DNA of 64,000 nucleotides from Basidiobolus meristosporus CBS 931.73 (taxonomy: Eukaryota > Fungi > Basidiobolomycota). The position numbers and the translations under genes are program-made. The notes under the pieces were generated by a model that saw only the letters and a program-made list of their open reading frames with translations, ran no database searches and was not told the origin of the DNA. This document shows, piece after piece, positions 22,701-35,807 of this stretch (within the stretch, counting starts at the first letter, position 1; each line of letters starts with the position of its first letter). The stretch covers positions 124,001 to 188,000 of the forward strand of contig MCFE01000021.1 in the NCBI GenBank assembly GCA_002104905.1. Direction: 5' to 3'.

Positions 22701-25700
22701 TGAGTTTGTGTTGGAAATTCAGGATGCCTTTGAGCCCCCACACCAACGGACACTACTAAGAAGAAAGTTGAAGACACTCAGACAGAAAGGAATGGTCCAA
22801 GAGTACATATATGAATATAGATGTCTACTTGGGCAAATTGAAAGAATAGACCCTCTTGATCAAGTTGAATACTTTATTGATGGGTTGAAAGAACAAACTT
22901 GTAAGGAAGTGAGTTATCAAAGACCTCAGACTATTGAAGAAGCCATCAAGATTGCCATTGACTATGACTCAGCAATGTTTGCAGTTGGGAAGCCCACAAT
23001 GACTAATCAGAGAGGCTACAATTACTATGAAAGAAGACAATCAGAAGCAGTGCCAATGGAAATAGATGCTATGCAGAAGAATTCTACCTCAGAAGAATGT
23101 AAGAAGAAAGGACTTTGCTTCAATTGCCACCAATGGGGACATATTGCAAAGTACTGCCTTCAGAGAAGAAATGGGCACCAGCCATCAAGAACCTTTAGCC
23201 ATATTGAGGCCATGGAGCATAGTAACATGGAGGATGAACTTGAAGAAGACTCAAATCTCACCTTCCATATGACAGAAGAATACCTATCCCAGATGACCTC
23301 AAACTCAGGAAAGCTATTATACTTGAATGGAGTAATCAATGAAGTACCTGCCTAGATCATGATTGACTCAGGGGCATTGCATGAGTACATGTTAGAGCAA
23401 TTTGCTTTGAAAGCTGGAATCAACTTGGAACCCACCAAATCAACTTCTGTCTCAACAGCTGATGGGAACTCTCACATAATCAACCGTATTACTCAGCCAG
23501 TAAGGATGATGATCAATGACTATGAAGAAGAGCTAAAGGCCTATATATTTGGAGATTGTAAGTATGACCTTGTACTTGGTAAAACCTGGCTATTTTGTTG
23601 TAATCCATCAATCAACTGGAGAACCCATGCTACTCAGATCCATAAGGACAACAGGACCTATGAGCTATTACCTGCCAGACTGGACCTTAACTTGGTCAAC
23701 TCCAGTGTGTGTGAAACAAGTGGACTTAGCAAGACACAATTCTGTAGAGCACTAAGAAAAGGCACCCAGATGTTCCTCATGGCAGTATTACAGGAGGATT
23801 CCTCTACTCCAATACCCCAGAAGGTCCAGACTCTTTTGAAGGAATATTCAGACATATTTCCAGAAGAGCTTGTAAGCCTACCACCAGTCAGAGATGTGGA
23901 TCATGCCATTGAAACAGGAGATAGCCCTCCAGTGAATAAGACACCTTACTCAATGAGTCCATTGGAGTTGGAAGAGATGAAGAGACAAATAGATCAGTTA
24001 CTGGAGCAAGGACATATCAGACCCAGCAAGTCACCTTGGGGAGAACCAGTACTATTTGTGAAGATGAAGGATGGAACACTTAGGATGTGCATTGACTACA
24101 GTGCCCTCAACTCAGTTACTGTGAAGAACAAGTACCCCATCCCTCAGATTGGAGGGCTCTTGGACCAACTCAATGGAGCCACTATTTTCAGCAGGATTGA
24201 CCTCATATTGGGATACAACCAGATTAGGGTGAAGCTAGAAGACATCCCTAAGACAGCATTCAGGACCAGATATGGACATTAGAAGTACTGAGTCATGAGT
24301 TTTGGCCTCACCAATGCCCCAGCAACATTCATGACCCTAATGCAGACTGTCTTCCCGGAGTACTGAGACAAGTTTGTCATAATCTACCTAGATGATATAT
24401 TGATACACAGCAAGACAGAAGTGGATCCCTTGGTGCATATTGAAAAGGTCTTGAAGAAGCTAAGAGAAAACAAGCTTTATGGTAAGCTACCCAAGTGTGA
24501 CTTCTTTAAGGAACACATTGAATACCTAAGACACATAGTAACTGGCACAGGAGTAACCTTAGAGCCTAAAAAGGTTGAAGTTATCAAGAATCTGAAGCAG
24601 CCCCATAGCATGTCAGAGCTCAGATCATTCCTTGGAATGGTTTCCTATTGTTGGAGTTTTGTCCAGTCCTTTGCAAGTATTGCAGCCCCTTTAACTGATA
24701 TCCTCAAGAAAGACAATACCTACAAGTGGGACATAGCTTGTGAAACTGATTTCCAGACACTTAAGAACAAACTTGCTAAGCTACCAAGCTTAAGAATACC
24801 TGACTTTAGAAAAGAGCTTACTCTGTGCACAGATGCTTCAGATTATGCAATCAGTGGAGTGTTGAGCCAAGAACACAAGGGAAAGGACTACCCCATTGCC
24901 TTTGAATCCAAGAAACTGAACTCAGCAGAACAAAACTATCCAGTGCATGAGAAGGAGATGCTTGCCATGATACACTGTTTGAAGACATGGAGATGTTATA
25001 TTGAAAGAGTCAAATGCACTGTAAAGATTGATCATGCCTCCCTCAAGTATATATTTACTCAGAAGGTACTCTCTGGAAGAATGACAAGATGGAGTGAGTA
25101 CATTCAGCAATTTGACTTGGAGATTGTCTACTGCCCTGGAAAAAACAACACAGTTGCTGATGCCTTATCAAGATTAGATCAAGTTGCACAACTCAACTTG
25201 GCAAATGAATCAGATTGGCCTAGCCTATTACCAAAGTACTTGGAGGACCAAGCCATTCCTAATGAGGTGGATGAATATATCAAGAAGATAATCCAGGATG
25301 AAGCCAGCAAGTTTGTAGTACAGGATGAAACACTCTACCAAATTGTTGATGGAAGCCCTATTGCCTATTGCCCTTATGTTTCTTGCCTGGATTTAATACA
25401 TAAGCTACACAATGGATATGGATATCTTGGAATTGAAAGTACCTATAGCCTTGTGAAAGCCAGAGCATGGTGGCCCAGAATGAGACATGACATTGGGAAG
25501 CTGGTGAAAACATGCCCAAATTGCCAAATTAACCAAGGCCAACCACAGAGCATTGCTGAACTCTTTCCCTTGGAGCCTGTAAGACCATTTGAAAGATGGG
25601 GAATTGACTTTATTGGAAGACTGCCAACTACCAGGAAATGCAACCATTGGATCCTAGTAGCAATTGACCATGCCACCAAAGGGCCAGTGGCTAAAGCTGT

Positions 25701-28700
25701 ACATAGAGCCAGTGAACAAGAAGTTGCAAGTTTCATCAACCATGAGGTCCTTATGAAGTTTGGATGCCATGTAGAGATTTTATCCAATAGAGGTGTAAAC
25801 TTTATGGCAAAGACATTGGAAGCTTGCCTGGAAATACAGCAGATCATACCCTTGAAAACCTTGGCATATCACACCAGAACTAATGGAGTCACTGAACAGA
25901 TTAATGGATTATTTGGAAAAATGCTGACCAAGTATGAAAATGGAGCTGTCAGTAGATGAGATGCGTATATAGACCAAGCACTCTTTGCATGCAGAGTCAG
26001 AGCACACAACACCACCCAACAATAACCACCTTGCATATTGTATGGATGTGAACCAAGGATTCCAGGAGATCTCACACAACCAAAGCTTACAGACACCTTA
26101 GAAGATTAACTCAGTGAGGCAAGTAGACACCAGCAACTGGAACAAAGATGTCAAGAGGCACAGACCAAAGTATCTCAAAGTGCAGAGAAGATGAAGTAGA
26201 GATTTGATAAGACTATAGCACCAGAAGCATTGACAGTCAGGAACTTTGTGTTGCTAAGAAACAACACTTGGAAGAAGTTTGAGTCACAATGGACAGGACC
26301 ATTCAAGATCATCAGAGAATGTCCATTTGCAACTTACCAACTAGTGGACAAACAAGGTAATATCTGGGAAGATTTAGTGCATAGGGACAGACTCAAGCTT
26401 GCAAGGCTTGCTGATACTACTGAACCATCAAGACATTGTTATCACAAGAAAAGAGATTCAGGAGAACCCTCTCAACTTTAGCAGGGGAGAATGTTATGAT
26501 CTGCCCCTTGAATGTTTAAGCTAGATCAGTTTTTAGCCAAATCAATCAGTTATATGTTTAGGTTTTCAATATATCAGTATTATCTATCAAAACAGTAGCA
26601 TTAGTCAGCAAATGAATTGGCAAATCCTTATCAAACAGAAATGGATATATTAGGCAGGATCTTATTGGGTGATGATATAATCAAATGAGTCATCAGCCAC
26701 AGCCTACATTAGGAAATAAAATTAGTTGGCAATTGATTTGGCAAAATGTATATAAGGAGCTGCTGGAATCTCAATAAAGATCAGTTCAAGTTTTAGTGAA
26801 TACAACAATAGCTAAACTTCCTATTTCTCTACCACTCTTATACCAAGATTGTAACACAGGTAATGCAAAATCAAGATGTTTCTCTGTGGCAACAAGCCAT
26901 ACATGAGGATTACCAATCACTGATCAAGGCAAAAATGTGGGAGATAGTATATTTACCAAATGAACAGAAGCCAATAGGATTTAGGTAAGCTTACAAGGTC
27001 AAGATAACCACTAATGGTACTATTGATATGCATAAGGCTAGGTTGGTGGCTAAAGTCTATTGCCAGATCAAGGAATAGACTTTAAGGAAACATTTGCTCC
27101 AGCTGCCAATTTAACTCCATTAGGACAGTTCTAGCCCTGGCAGCTGTACACAGTCTAGATCTACACCAAATGGACGTCTACTCAGCCTCTCTAAATGGAA
27201 ACTTGTAAGAAACTATATATAGGGAGCAACCAGAATGTTTTACTAATCCAGACGGCCCCCATAAGGTGTGCAGACTTGGGAAGTTGTTGTATGGGCTTAA
27301 CCAGGCTCCTAGAGCATGGTATAACAAGATTAACACAAATCTAGAGGAGATTGCGTTCATTTGTAGCACTGCAGATCACAGTACATATGTGAAACTGCAC
27401 AAAAAGGGTGTAATAATCCTTGATCTTTGAGCCGGTGACCTAATAATTGCTACAAGGGACCATAAGTCATTAAAGCAGATGAAATCAGATGTCTTCAGCA
27501 AGCTTGAGATGAAAGTGCTTTGAAAATCAAGCTATTTTCTTGAAATTGAAGTTAGATTTGACATTCCTGAGTAGAAAACTGTGCTGAATTGGCAAAGTAC
27601 ATCAGGGACATTCCTAGACGCTCCAAAAAGGAAAACTGCATACCAGTAGCTACCCCTATGGACAATGATTTTAAATTGAGCCAATCTCAGCTAGTTTTAG
27701 GTGAATATGGCATAAATATGCACCAAGAGTTTTCCTATCAATCAATGGTTGGTAGCCTGATGCTCTCAATGGTGTCTACACATCCAGATATTGCAGTGAC
27801 AGTTGGAATAGTCAGTCATTTGATGCCGAATAAAGGATCAGATCAAATTACAGCAGTTGAGCAGATTTCAGATATCTAAAAGATGCCACAAATATGGTAC
27901 TGGAATACTCTAGAGCAGCCAATAGGCAAATATCTGATAGTTAGAGTGATTCAGCATGGGATAGGGATCTGATGGACAGATGCTCTACCACTGGGTATGT
28001 ATTTCTTTATACTGGTGCAGCTATTACTTGGAACTGATAAAATAACCAACTGTGGCCCTGTATACAACTCATGCTGAATATATGACTTCTTGTCAAGCAA
28101 CTGAGAAGCCTAAATGGCTTCAGATATTATTCAAAGACTTGGGTGTTAAAACAGTTGAGCCAACATGTAGTACAAGGATAATCAAAGTTATATTCTACTA
28201 GCTAGAAATCCTACTAATCATGCCAGAACTAAGCACATAGATCTACAACACCACTTTGTGAGGGAAACTATAGACAAAAACTTAGTAGAGTTACCTTACT
28301 GCCCAACTGACAAAATGGTGGCAGATATATTGACAAAACTACTAGCTAGACAACAATTGCAGAATCTCAGAGAGAAATTAGAATTGAAACACTATTTAGT
28401 GGAGGGGGAGTGTTGAGATATTGAACTATTTGGTATCATACAGCAGCTAAGAATTTACTTAAAAATTCTTAACTAGTATTGATTGCTGTAGGACTAATTT
28501 ACAGCCCTAACTTTGCCGCTTTCTTCAGAGCTATGATTGGATCATTATTCCCCAATAATCAAGATCAAATAAACACACTTACCAAACATTCTGTACTAGC
28601 CCTTAAACTATTACAGAATGCTGCTGAATGCTGAGAAACTCTCCTTACCTAGTGTTACAGCCGTACTACTTCTACAAAGGTATAAATACTAAGCCTGCTT

Positions 28701-28779
28701 TGAATAAACGACAGTGCAATCATTATCAGTATTTGTTTATAAGTTCCCTAAACTCAAATTGCTTCTCAAAATTGTAACA
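19719..28779 (+). mobile_element. Copia family C1 copy a, inserted in a CACTA transposase (TSD AGAAC/AGTAC)
   Basis: About 50 bp of 5' LTR at 19719 fused by deletion to gag; CNYCNRPGHWAREC at 20281-20322; integrase ORF 20319-21311; RT/RH about 26860-28400; PPT 28398-28410; 3' LTR 28411-28779; flanks rejoin the CACTA sequence seen at about 17700-17740. Confidence 0.9.
21951..26856 (+). mobile_element. Ty3/Gypsy family A copy 1 (no chromodomain); LTRs 21951-22319 and 26492-26856; 4-bp TSD CAGG
   Basis: gag 22378-23355 (AVPMEID, CFNCHQWGHIAKYC), protease IDSGA, RT/RH/IN 23359-26481 with stops, GPF domain, PPT AGCAGGGGAGAA at 26480-26491; CAGG at 21947-21950 and 26857-26860. Confidence 0.96.
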
Positions 28780-30586
28780 AGTACATCATCTACCCACAGA
28801 GAGAATATACAAAAGTCAGCATGCAATTGCAGCAAAGTTTGTAAGTTATAAGCCAATGGCCTGATTACGGAATCAATTGGAAACCAGGGATACTGTAGAT
28901 GGAGGGTACCTGTTAGGGCAAAAGCTTTCCACTGGGAGCAATGCATTTACTTTTCACCAAATTCCCTATTCTGATGACCAAGTTGTATATGGGGCATTTC
29001 AAGCTAGATGAGCCTATTAAAATACCAGAGAAGTTTGAAAGAATAAGCAAGATAGTGAAGAGTATCTGCTACCCTAAGTACTTCTCACAGGCTCCAATCA
29101 ATAGTCATACACCAATGTGACATCACAAATGCAAAGACTGGATGAGCTGGATATGTATTCATTCAAGTGGTACTTGGAAGCCATTCCTACCAAGAGTAGA
29201 TTGGTAGCATTGGGATTCATATGCAATATTGTAAGAATTTTTATCCACAAGCGGATCACTAGTACAAACTTGATACAGCTACAGCTGTTGTTCCAGGAAT
29301 GCTAATGGGATTTGAGTGGCAATACTACAAACAAAAAGCAGAATGTGTAGATCTCTGCCACTACTGCATCCATTCTCTACTCCATATTTCTTGGTGTGTG
29401 GGGAATATTGGGCTTTCCTTTACCACTTAGGCACTTTCTTTGGAGTGGATGTGTGGGGAGATAGGAAGACAAGTCAAGTTGCAGGTACTACCATATCCCA
29501 ATCTCATCAAGAATATTACCTTCAAGTCTGTCATGAATGTGATAATTTAGCACATGTAGGGCAGCAAGGAAGAGCTGGAAAATACTGAGGACAGATGTGG
29601 ACATGGAGACACCTTCTACCTATGGCATTAAGAAGCTAAGCAGCCTCAATGTGTTGGCAATCAGTTAAATAATGCAAAGCTGGGTTGGGTACAACAAGCA
29701 ACTAATTTTAACTTGGAGAACTCTACCAGGAGATGCGGATTTTCTTGGTCACAAGCCAACTTCTACACCATTCAATATGGAATTCACACAAACAGGAGCC
29801 AGAGTGCACCTAAAAGGGGGACTGGAATCTAGCAGGAAGAAGCAATATTTTGGCTAAGTGTCAAAAAGTACTTTGTGGATATTCAGGACATATCCATGGC
29901 AGAAGTGGCAGCAACTAAGCATATGTTTGAAGATTTATATGTTACCTGCAATACAAGGCATGTGGCAACTCTGCAAGTATCACACAAAAAAGCCATGAAT
30001 TTGAGGCAATAGAAGTATGTGAATTGTGACAGGTGTGCATTTTGGTAGAGGTTAGTAAGCAGGAGGTCAGAGTTGCTTTTGATTTGAACTACATGTAGAA
30101 TACCCAAGGTTGCAGTGGGTAAGCAAATGAAGAGGGGTGATCTTACAGGGGAATATATGAATTGCCCAAGGGGAGGTAGAAAAAGGAAATACTATTTGGT
30201 AAATTGGTACAATAGCATTACACAGAACTTGCTGTAGGCTGTCATACTGCTGTGATAAAGCCATCAGAGACATGCAATGAGAACATCAAAATAACATCAA
30301 GTTTTTTGCCATTTACAGCAATTGGATGCACTGGCTGGTTAGATCCATTCCAAATAGTTGTAGAGTACATTAAGACCACAAAAATACCATACAATTATCA
30401 TCACAGTGCCAATCAAACCCTGTAAAGTTTTATAACTTTATTTGGTAATAAAATTAGCAAAACACCATTGTGATCTCATCACAAGATTATCAAGAGGTTA
30501 CCAATTGCAGGCTGCTGGTATTATGAGAGTCCCTAAATGGGACCTGGATTGGATCTACCTGTGGGACATAATTATTTTTCATTGGG
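28780..30586 (+). mobile_element. CACTA copy K2: transposase C-terminal half (to about 30080), subterminal region and putative terminus; its left piece is 19624-19718
   Basis: Homologous to 17720-18420; QYFG(Q)VSKYFV-type C-terminal motif near 29850; ends ...TTTTTCATTGGG. Confidence 0.8.
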
Positions 30587-30587
30587 A

Positions 30588-31680
30588 GTCATCAATACCC
30601 TTTGCAAGGTGGTTTGCCATTGCTGTCAGCTGGGAATGAAAGCTTCTAGGACTTTTGTAGCTATGCAAGGTGCAATGAAACCCTGTAGTGCAATAGTTCT
30701 TATTTTAGCAGAGATGCTTAACAAGGGATCTCCTTAGGTGGATTGGAGTAGATGGTCCACAGGACTTGGTATAGATCTCCTCTATTGTGGCAAATCTAGT
30801 GGTAATGATGGGATTGACAAGAAAAGTCCATTTAGACAAGCAAGTCATATTCAAATTGATGGGTGATTGAGCAGAAGTAAAATGAAGGGATTTGGCATGA
30901 TCAGCTTAACTTTCCTAATTAATCATGGGTTATAACAAGATCTCCATCAATTGCCACTTATCCCATCATTATGTTTCAAAAAGGATCCTCAAAGAGTGAC
31001 ATGGTATATATACTGAAAATTTATTCACAAGACTATATTCAATTAGGAAATATGCAAATGATGTGCTTTCATCTATGCCATGATGCATTATGCCTTATAT
31101 ATGAAAGATTTGACAATCAGATTAGTTGTCTTATATGGTACATATAAGACCAGGTTAATGCCAATATACTATTGTACAAATATCCAAATTACTCACTTTG
31201 GCCCCTATACCAACTCTCAACTAATCTTTAGCAAAACCCAGACAAAACCCATCCCATAGCTCACAGGCATGATCTGGACTGAAAAAGTCAAAGTTGGATC
31301 CATTTGAGTCTTGCCAAAAGATTTCAGTATGACCCAAGACACTGTGATGAGCTTTCATAGAGATATTTGGGCATTAATAGTTGTACAAGCAGAACTGGAT
31401 ACCTCACAGAGTCAACAGAGATGGAAGAATTTGAGTGGTAAGCTGTGGCATCAGTTCTATTACAAGATGCCAGCCAATATGTGTAGCAAGCTATATAACA
31501 AGACAAATGCTGATGGCAAGAATGAGTTTACAATGAGGTAACTTGATGAGGATGCTGTGCAAGACCAATTCTGCATGCAAGTTGCACAGTATGGGCTGGA
31601 CAGGTGAGTTTGTGCCTTAACATTGGAATCCAAAGAGATTTGAATGAGTTTTTACCTCAAAGGACTAATATACTACCTGA
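30588..31680. mobile_element. Family P fragment P4 (transposase N-terminus on minus, ORF2 N-terminus on plus)
   Basis: Homologous to about 11465-12590, more diverged. Confidence 0.85.
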
Positions 31681-33102
31681 TAGAATATTTATGTTGGATG
31701 GTACTTTTGAGATTTATGGAGGTATTTGATTATAAGAAACTGCCCAAGAAATAGTGATAATAGTTGAACTGTTTCTTAGTCATAAAGAAGCTAAGTGATG
31801 ATGCCTTTGTGGAAGTAATACAACAGTAATACTAAGTAAGGAGAGTTTCCCAGCATTCATGTGCATACAGTGCCAGTTTTAGGGTTGATATATAATGTCT
31901 GATAAAAGTGCTAATTTGATCCTGACTACAGAATAATAATCATAAGATCATAGATCTAAAAAAAAGTGGTGAAGTTAGGGCTGCAAATGAGTCCTACAGT
32001 GACTAAGACTAGTTCAGAGTTTTTAAGTAAGTTTTTAGCGGCTGATTGATACCAAGAGCTCAATATTTCAACACTCCCCTTCCACTAGTTAGTATCTTAG
32101 TCATGATTTCTCACTGAGACACTTAAACTATGACCTATCTTATGGTTTTGCTAATATCTGTCCCCATTTTGTCAGTTGGGCAGTACATTAACTCTACCTA
32201 GCTATTTTCTACAGGTTCCCTCACAAAGCGGTGTTATACAGCTGTGTGCCTAGACTTGGCATATTTAGTAGATTTCCAAGCCAATGCAATACAACTTTGA
32301 TTATCCTTGTAAATACATGTTGGCTCATTTAAATTAGAACCAAAGTCTTTGAATTATTTTTGTAATCATATAGCTTCCTTAATCGCTTGACAAGCTGCCA
32401 TATACTCTGCCCCAGTTGTAGAGAGTGCCACTATGGGTTACTTCTCACAATTCCAGGTGATAGCTGCACCAGCATATCAAATACACACCAAGTTGACAAG
32501 CATTTGTCAACCAGATCTCTACCTCAATCCATATCAATGGTACTTTGCAGATATCTGAGCAATAGCTAAGCGGCTGTAATCTGATCAGATCAAAAATTAG
32601 AATGATTTGAATGACTATTTCAGCTAATACTACAATATCTGGACCTGTAGACACCTTCAAGTACATCAGACAACCAACAAGTACTGATAGGGAGCATTTT
32701 GGTCTATATGTAAGCTGTTTTCAACCAAAACTGGCTGAGTTTTGCAAAATTTCTGGTTATTGACCAGGGGAATTGCTGCAGGCTTGCAATTTTCAGTTTT
32801 GGAGCATCTAAGCGTGTTGCTGACATACTTGGACTAATTCAGTAGAATCTCCTGCATAGGTATGTCAAATATAGCTTAAATTCCAGGAAACTAGCTCAAT
32901 TTCCAAGATGTTTCATCTCAAACTTGCTGAAAAGATCTGATTTAACCCATTGGAATGCCTCCTAGTTACTTGTAGCGGTTATTAGGTTGTCCACAAAGAA
33001 AACTTGAATGATTGCATCTTTTTTGAGCTGTTTCACATATATACTGTGATCTGCAGTGCTACAAATGAACCCAATCTCCCCTAGATATCTGTCAACCTTT
33101 TA

Positions 33103-33960
33103 TATTAGGCAAGTACCCGCGCCAGTACCCGTAACACATGATCAACCCGTGTCACCATCCCTACCATTTCCATACCATATATGGTATCTCCATGTTACAC
33201 AGGTTTCAGAATACTGATTCCTGATTGGTTGGATGTGCTGTGCCTCTTAGAACCTTCCAGCACCTACTTAAACATTCTTAGGTCATTCTGATGTTATTAA
33301 GATTTCTATTGATATCCGGAACCTTCTGGAACACCATGATTAGTAATCACTTAGCCGGTAAGAAAAGTATATAAGGGAGGCTATCCCTCAACAATAAATC
33401 ATCATCCCTTTTATCAATATACCGACTTGTTGATTAGTGTGATCACTGCTACCTGCTGCTACCTGAACTCCCAACCCTAGACCACAGGACACTCCCAGGA
33501 AGCTGCGCTGACAGCGAACTGACCTTGGAGGCACTACTTGTGAGGAATACTCAGAGTAGGTATATTTTATTATATTTGTTTGTTTTCCCAAGTTTGTTCT
33601 TGTACAGGCAAAGATACTTTTCTGTCTTTGCAACTATTGACCACAGCTGCATTCTTATCAAGTCTCTGATGGTGGAGTTTACAGTTGTTTTGACTTTGGA
33701 AGCTTTAGTACATTGTCATCTCAAAGGACGCTGAACCCAGCATATACTTTTGTTAAGACGCCAACTAAGTTGGGGATTGTAGCTCAATAGTTTTCCCTTG
33801 ACAAGCTTGTGGCTTTATTCCCCTTCACATTAGATTAGAAACAGAACCCAAGTATTCCTAGCAAGCTTTTGTCAGAGGTTATTGCACCCAGTGAACACCC
33901 CACACACAAAACACTTGAGAGTGTTGGACGTATCTCTCCCTTGGACCTATACACCACCAC
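33103..33960 (+). repeat. B2 LTR plus 5' leader fragment, copy b; ends approximate
   Basis: Homologous to 19029-19620; 33543-33790 is homologous to the reverse complement of the Gypsy B leader (about 6100-6340). Confidence 0.7.
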
Positions 33961-35807
33961 AATGGTGGCTTTCAAATATGAATTTTCCTAAAATACAATT
34001 TTCCTGCTGTTGACCAGCTTCTATATTTTGCCATCATACACTCAATACTCTTTAGTATCTTCACAATACCAAAGAAAGATCTCTTTGCTACCCTTTGGGT
34101 GTTTTTTATCAGGAGTGTGATAGAAAATATCATTGCCAAAGATCCTCAGGCACTGAAGGCCTGGCTTTAAGTCTGTATATGCTTCAAAGGGTGTGAAATT
34201 ACGTGCACTTTTGTTGGGCATTCATTCCTGACATATCATGGAAGCAACAGATGCATCCAAAAACTTGTAGTCCATTCATGTATTATGCAGCATAGACCTT
34301 CCCATCTCTTCTATTGCTTTATTGGCAAGTTCTGCAGCTCCATTCTGCTGTTGAGTATATGGAGAGTAGTTGGTTGAAGTATACCAGTAGTTGAGCAGTA
34401 CTCTGCAAACTCCTCAGAGCAGTATCCCCCTCCTTTGTCACTTCAAGGTATCTTCAGTTTACACCCAAATAGTGTTTTTGCCATGCTCTTGAAGTGCTTG
34501 AACATTGCTAGAGTCTCATCTTTTGTCTTGATGAGGTATATTCATGTATATCTTGTCTTATTATCAATAATCTTCTTAAATATCTTGCAGCTCTAAAGGA
34601 GAGTTCTCAGGGGCCCACATATATCTGACTGCACAATAGCCAGTAGTTTGGTAGTATTGATGACTCCTGAGCTCCTGAAGCACTACCTAGCAAGCTTGCC
34701 ATCTGAACACCACTTACAGGCACTGAATTTGATTAGAATTGAGTATTTTAGGCCCAAAGCAAGCTGGTTTTTGACTTATTGGCTAATTTTTTGTTCCCCA
34801 ATAAGTTCTAGCCTCCTATGCCATGTTTCTCATCTAGTTTCTGTAGCTTCAGCAATGTTGACATACACATGATCAATGATCTTGCATTGTAGCTTGTATA
34901 CATTGTGATCTCTGATTTCCAAAGCTAATTCTTATCTATTTTCACCCAGTATTGAGCAGCTTATCTTAGTAAAAGCAGATTTCAATCCTTGAGTAGTTGC
35001 TTTACTGACAGAGAGTAGTCTCTTAGCTATACCAGCCACATAGAGTATATCAGTCAGTTTTGCTGTTGTTGCCCCTGAGATAGTACTCATATCTAGCTGT
35101 ATAGACCTGGTAGTGGTAGCTTCTTATGCATAGTCCTCTTCCTGATAGACCTTAAGTCAATAATCCTCAACTTGCTGAACCACCTTTATATACTGCAAAT
35201 ATGTCATGATACTACTGAGTTAATAGACCATTCCTTACCTTGGTTACTTGTGCTCTCTTGTGCGGTTACAAATAACTGCTCATCTTTAGTTTTATGGTTT
35301 ACCTTTGCTAGCTCTTTTTTTGCCTGCTTCTATCTTCTTGCATTCTCTTGCCCAGTGTCCTGGTCTTTGACAGTGGTTACAGCAACCAAATTTTCTTTGG
35401 TTTGGTTGCTTTCCCTTCCTTCCTGTGTGCCTCACTGAGCAGAATAATGCATTATCTTCAATTTCCACTGCTTGATAAGCACATCTGAGTTCTTTGCAGA
35501 AAAGTCTTCCTTTGACATAGTCTGAGGTTAGATTGTCTTCTCTGTTTTCAAAAGACAGTATGAATGGCTCATACCTGACTGATAAGCTGCAAAGCAAAAA
35601 GAGTATCTTTCTTCATCATATATACCAGCACTAATATTGTAAAGTTCTTCTGCCAGTGTCTTCCTTATGGAAATGAGTTGTAACATGCCATCATCTGGCT
35701 TCTTCCTGATGCTGAATAGCATTTTTTTGAATAAAGCTTGCTTTACTCTGACTTTTCTCTATAGATCTTCTCTAAAGACTCCCATGCTGCTTTGGCAGTC
35801 TTTAAAG

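Noticed and set aside
28431-28447. TGGTATCA motif resembling the tRNA-iMet PBS (also near 47364, 51243, 41493, 32047)
   Set aside because: It lies about 20 bp inside the C1 LTR, occurs in both 5' and 3' LTRs and continues TTCAGCAGC rather than GAGC; the real PBS follows the LTR end.
33447-33462. 11-nt complement of the family A PBS (TGCTGCTACCT) in the B2b repeat
   Set aside because: Single short match in an unrelated family and absent from the B2a copy; treated as chance.
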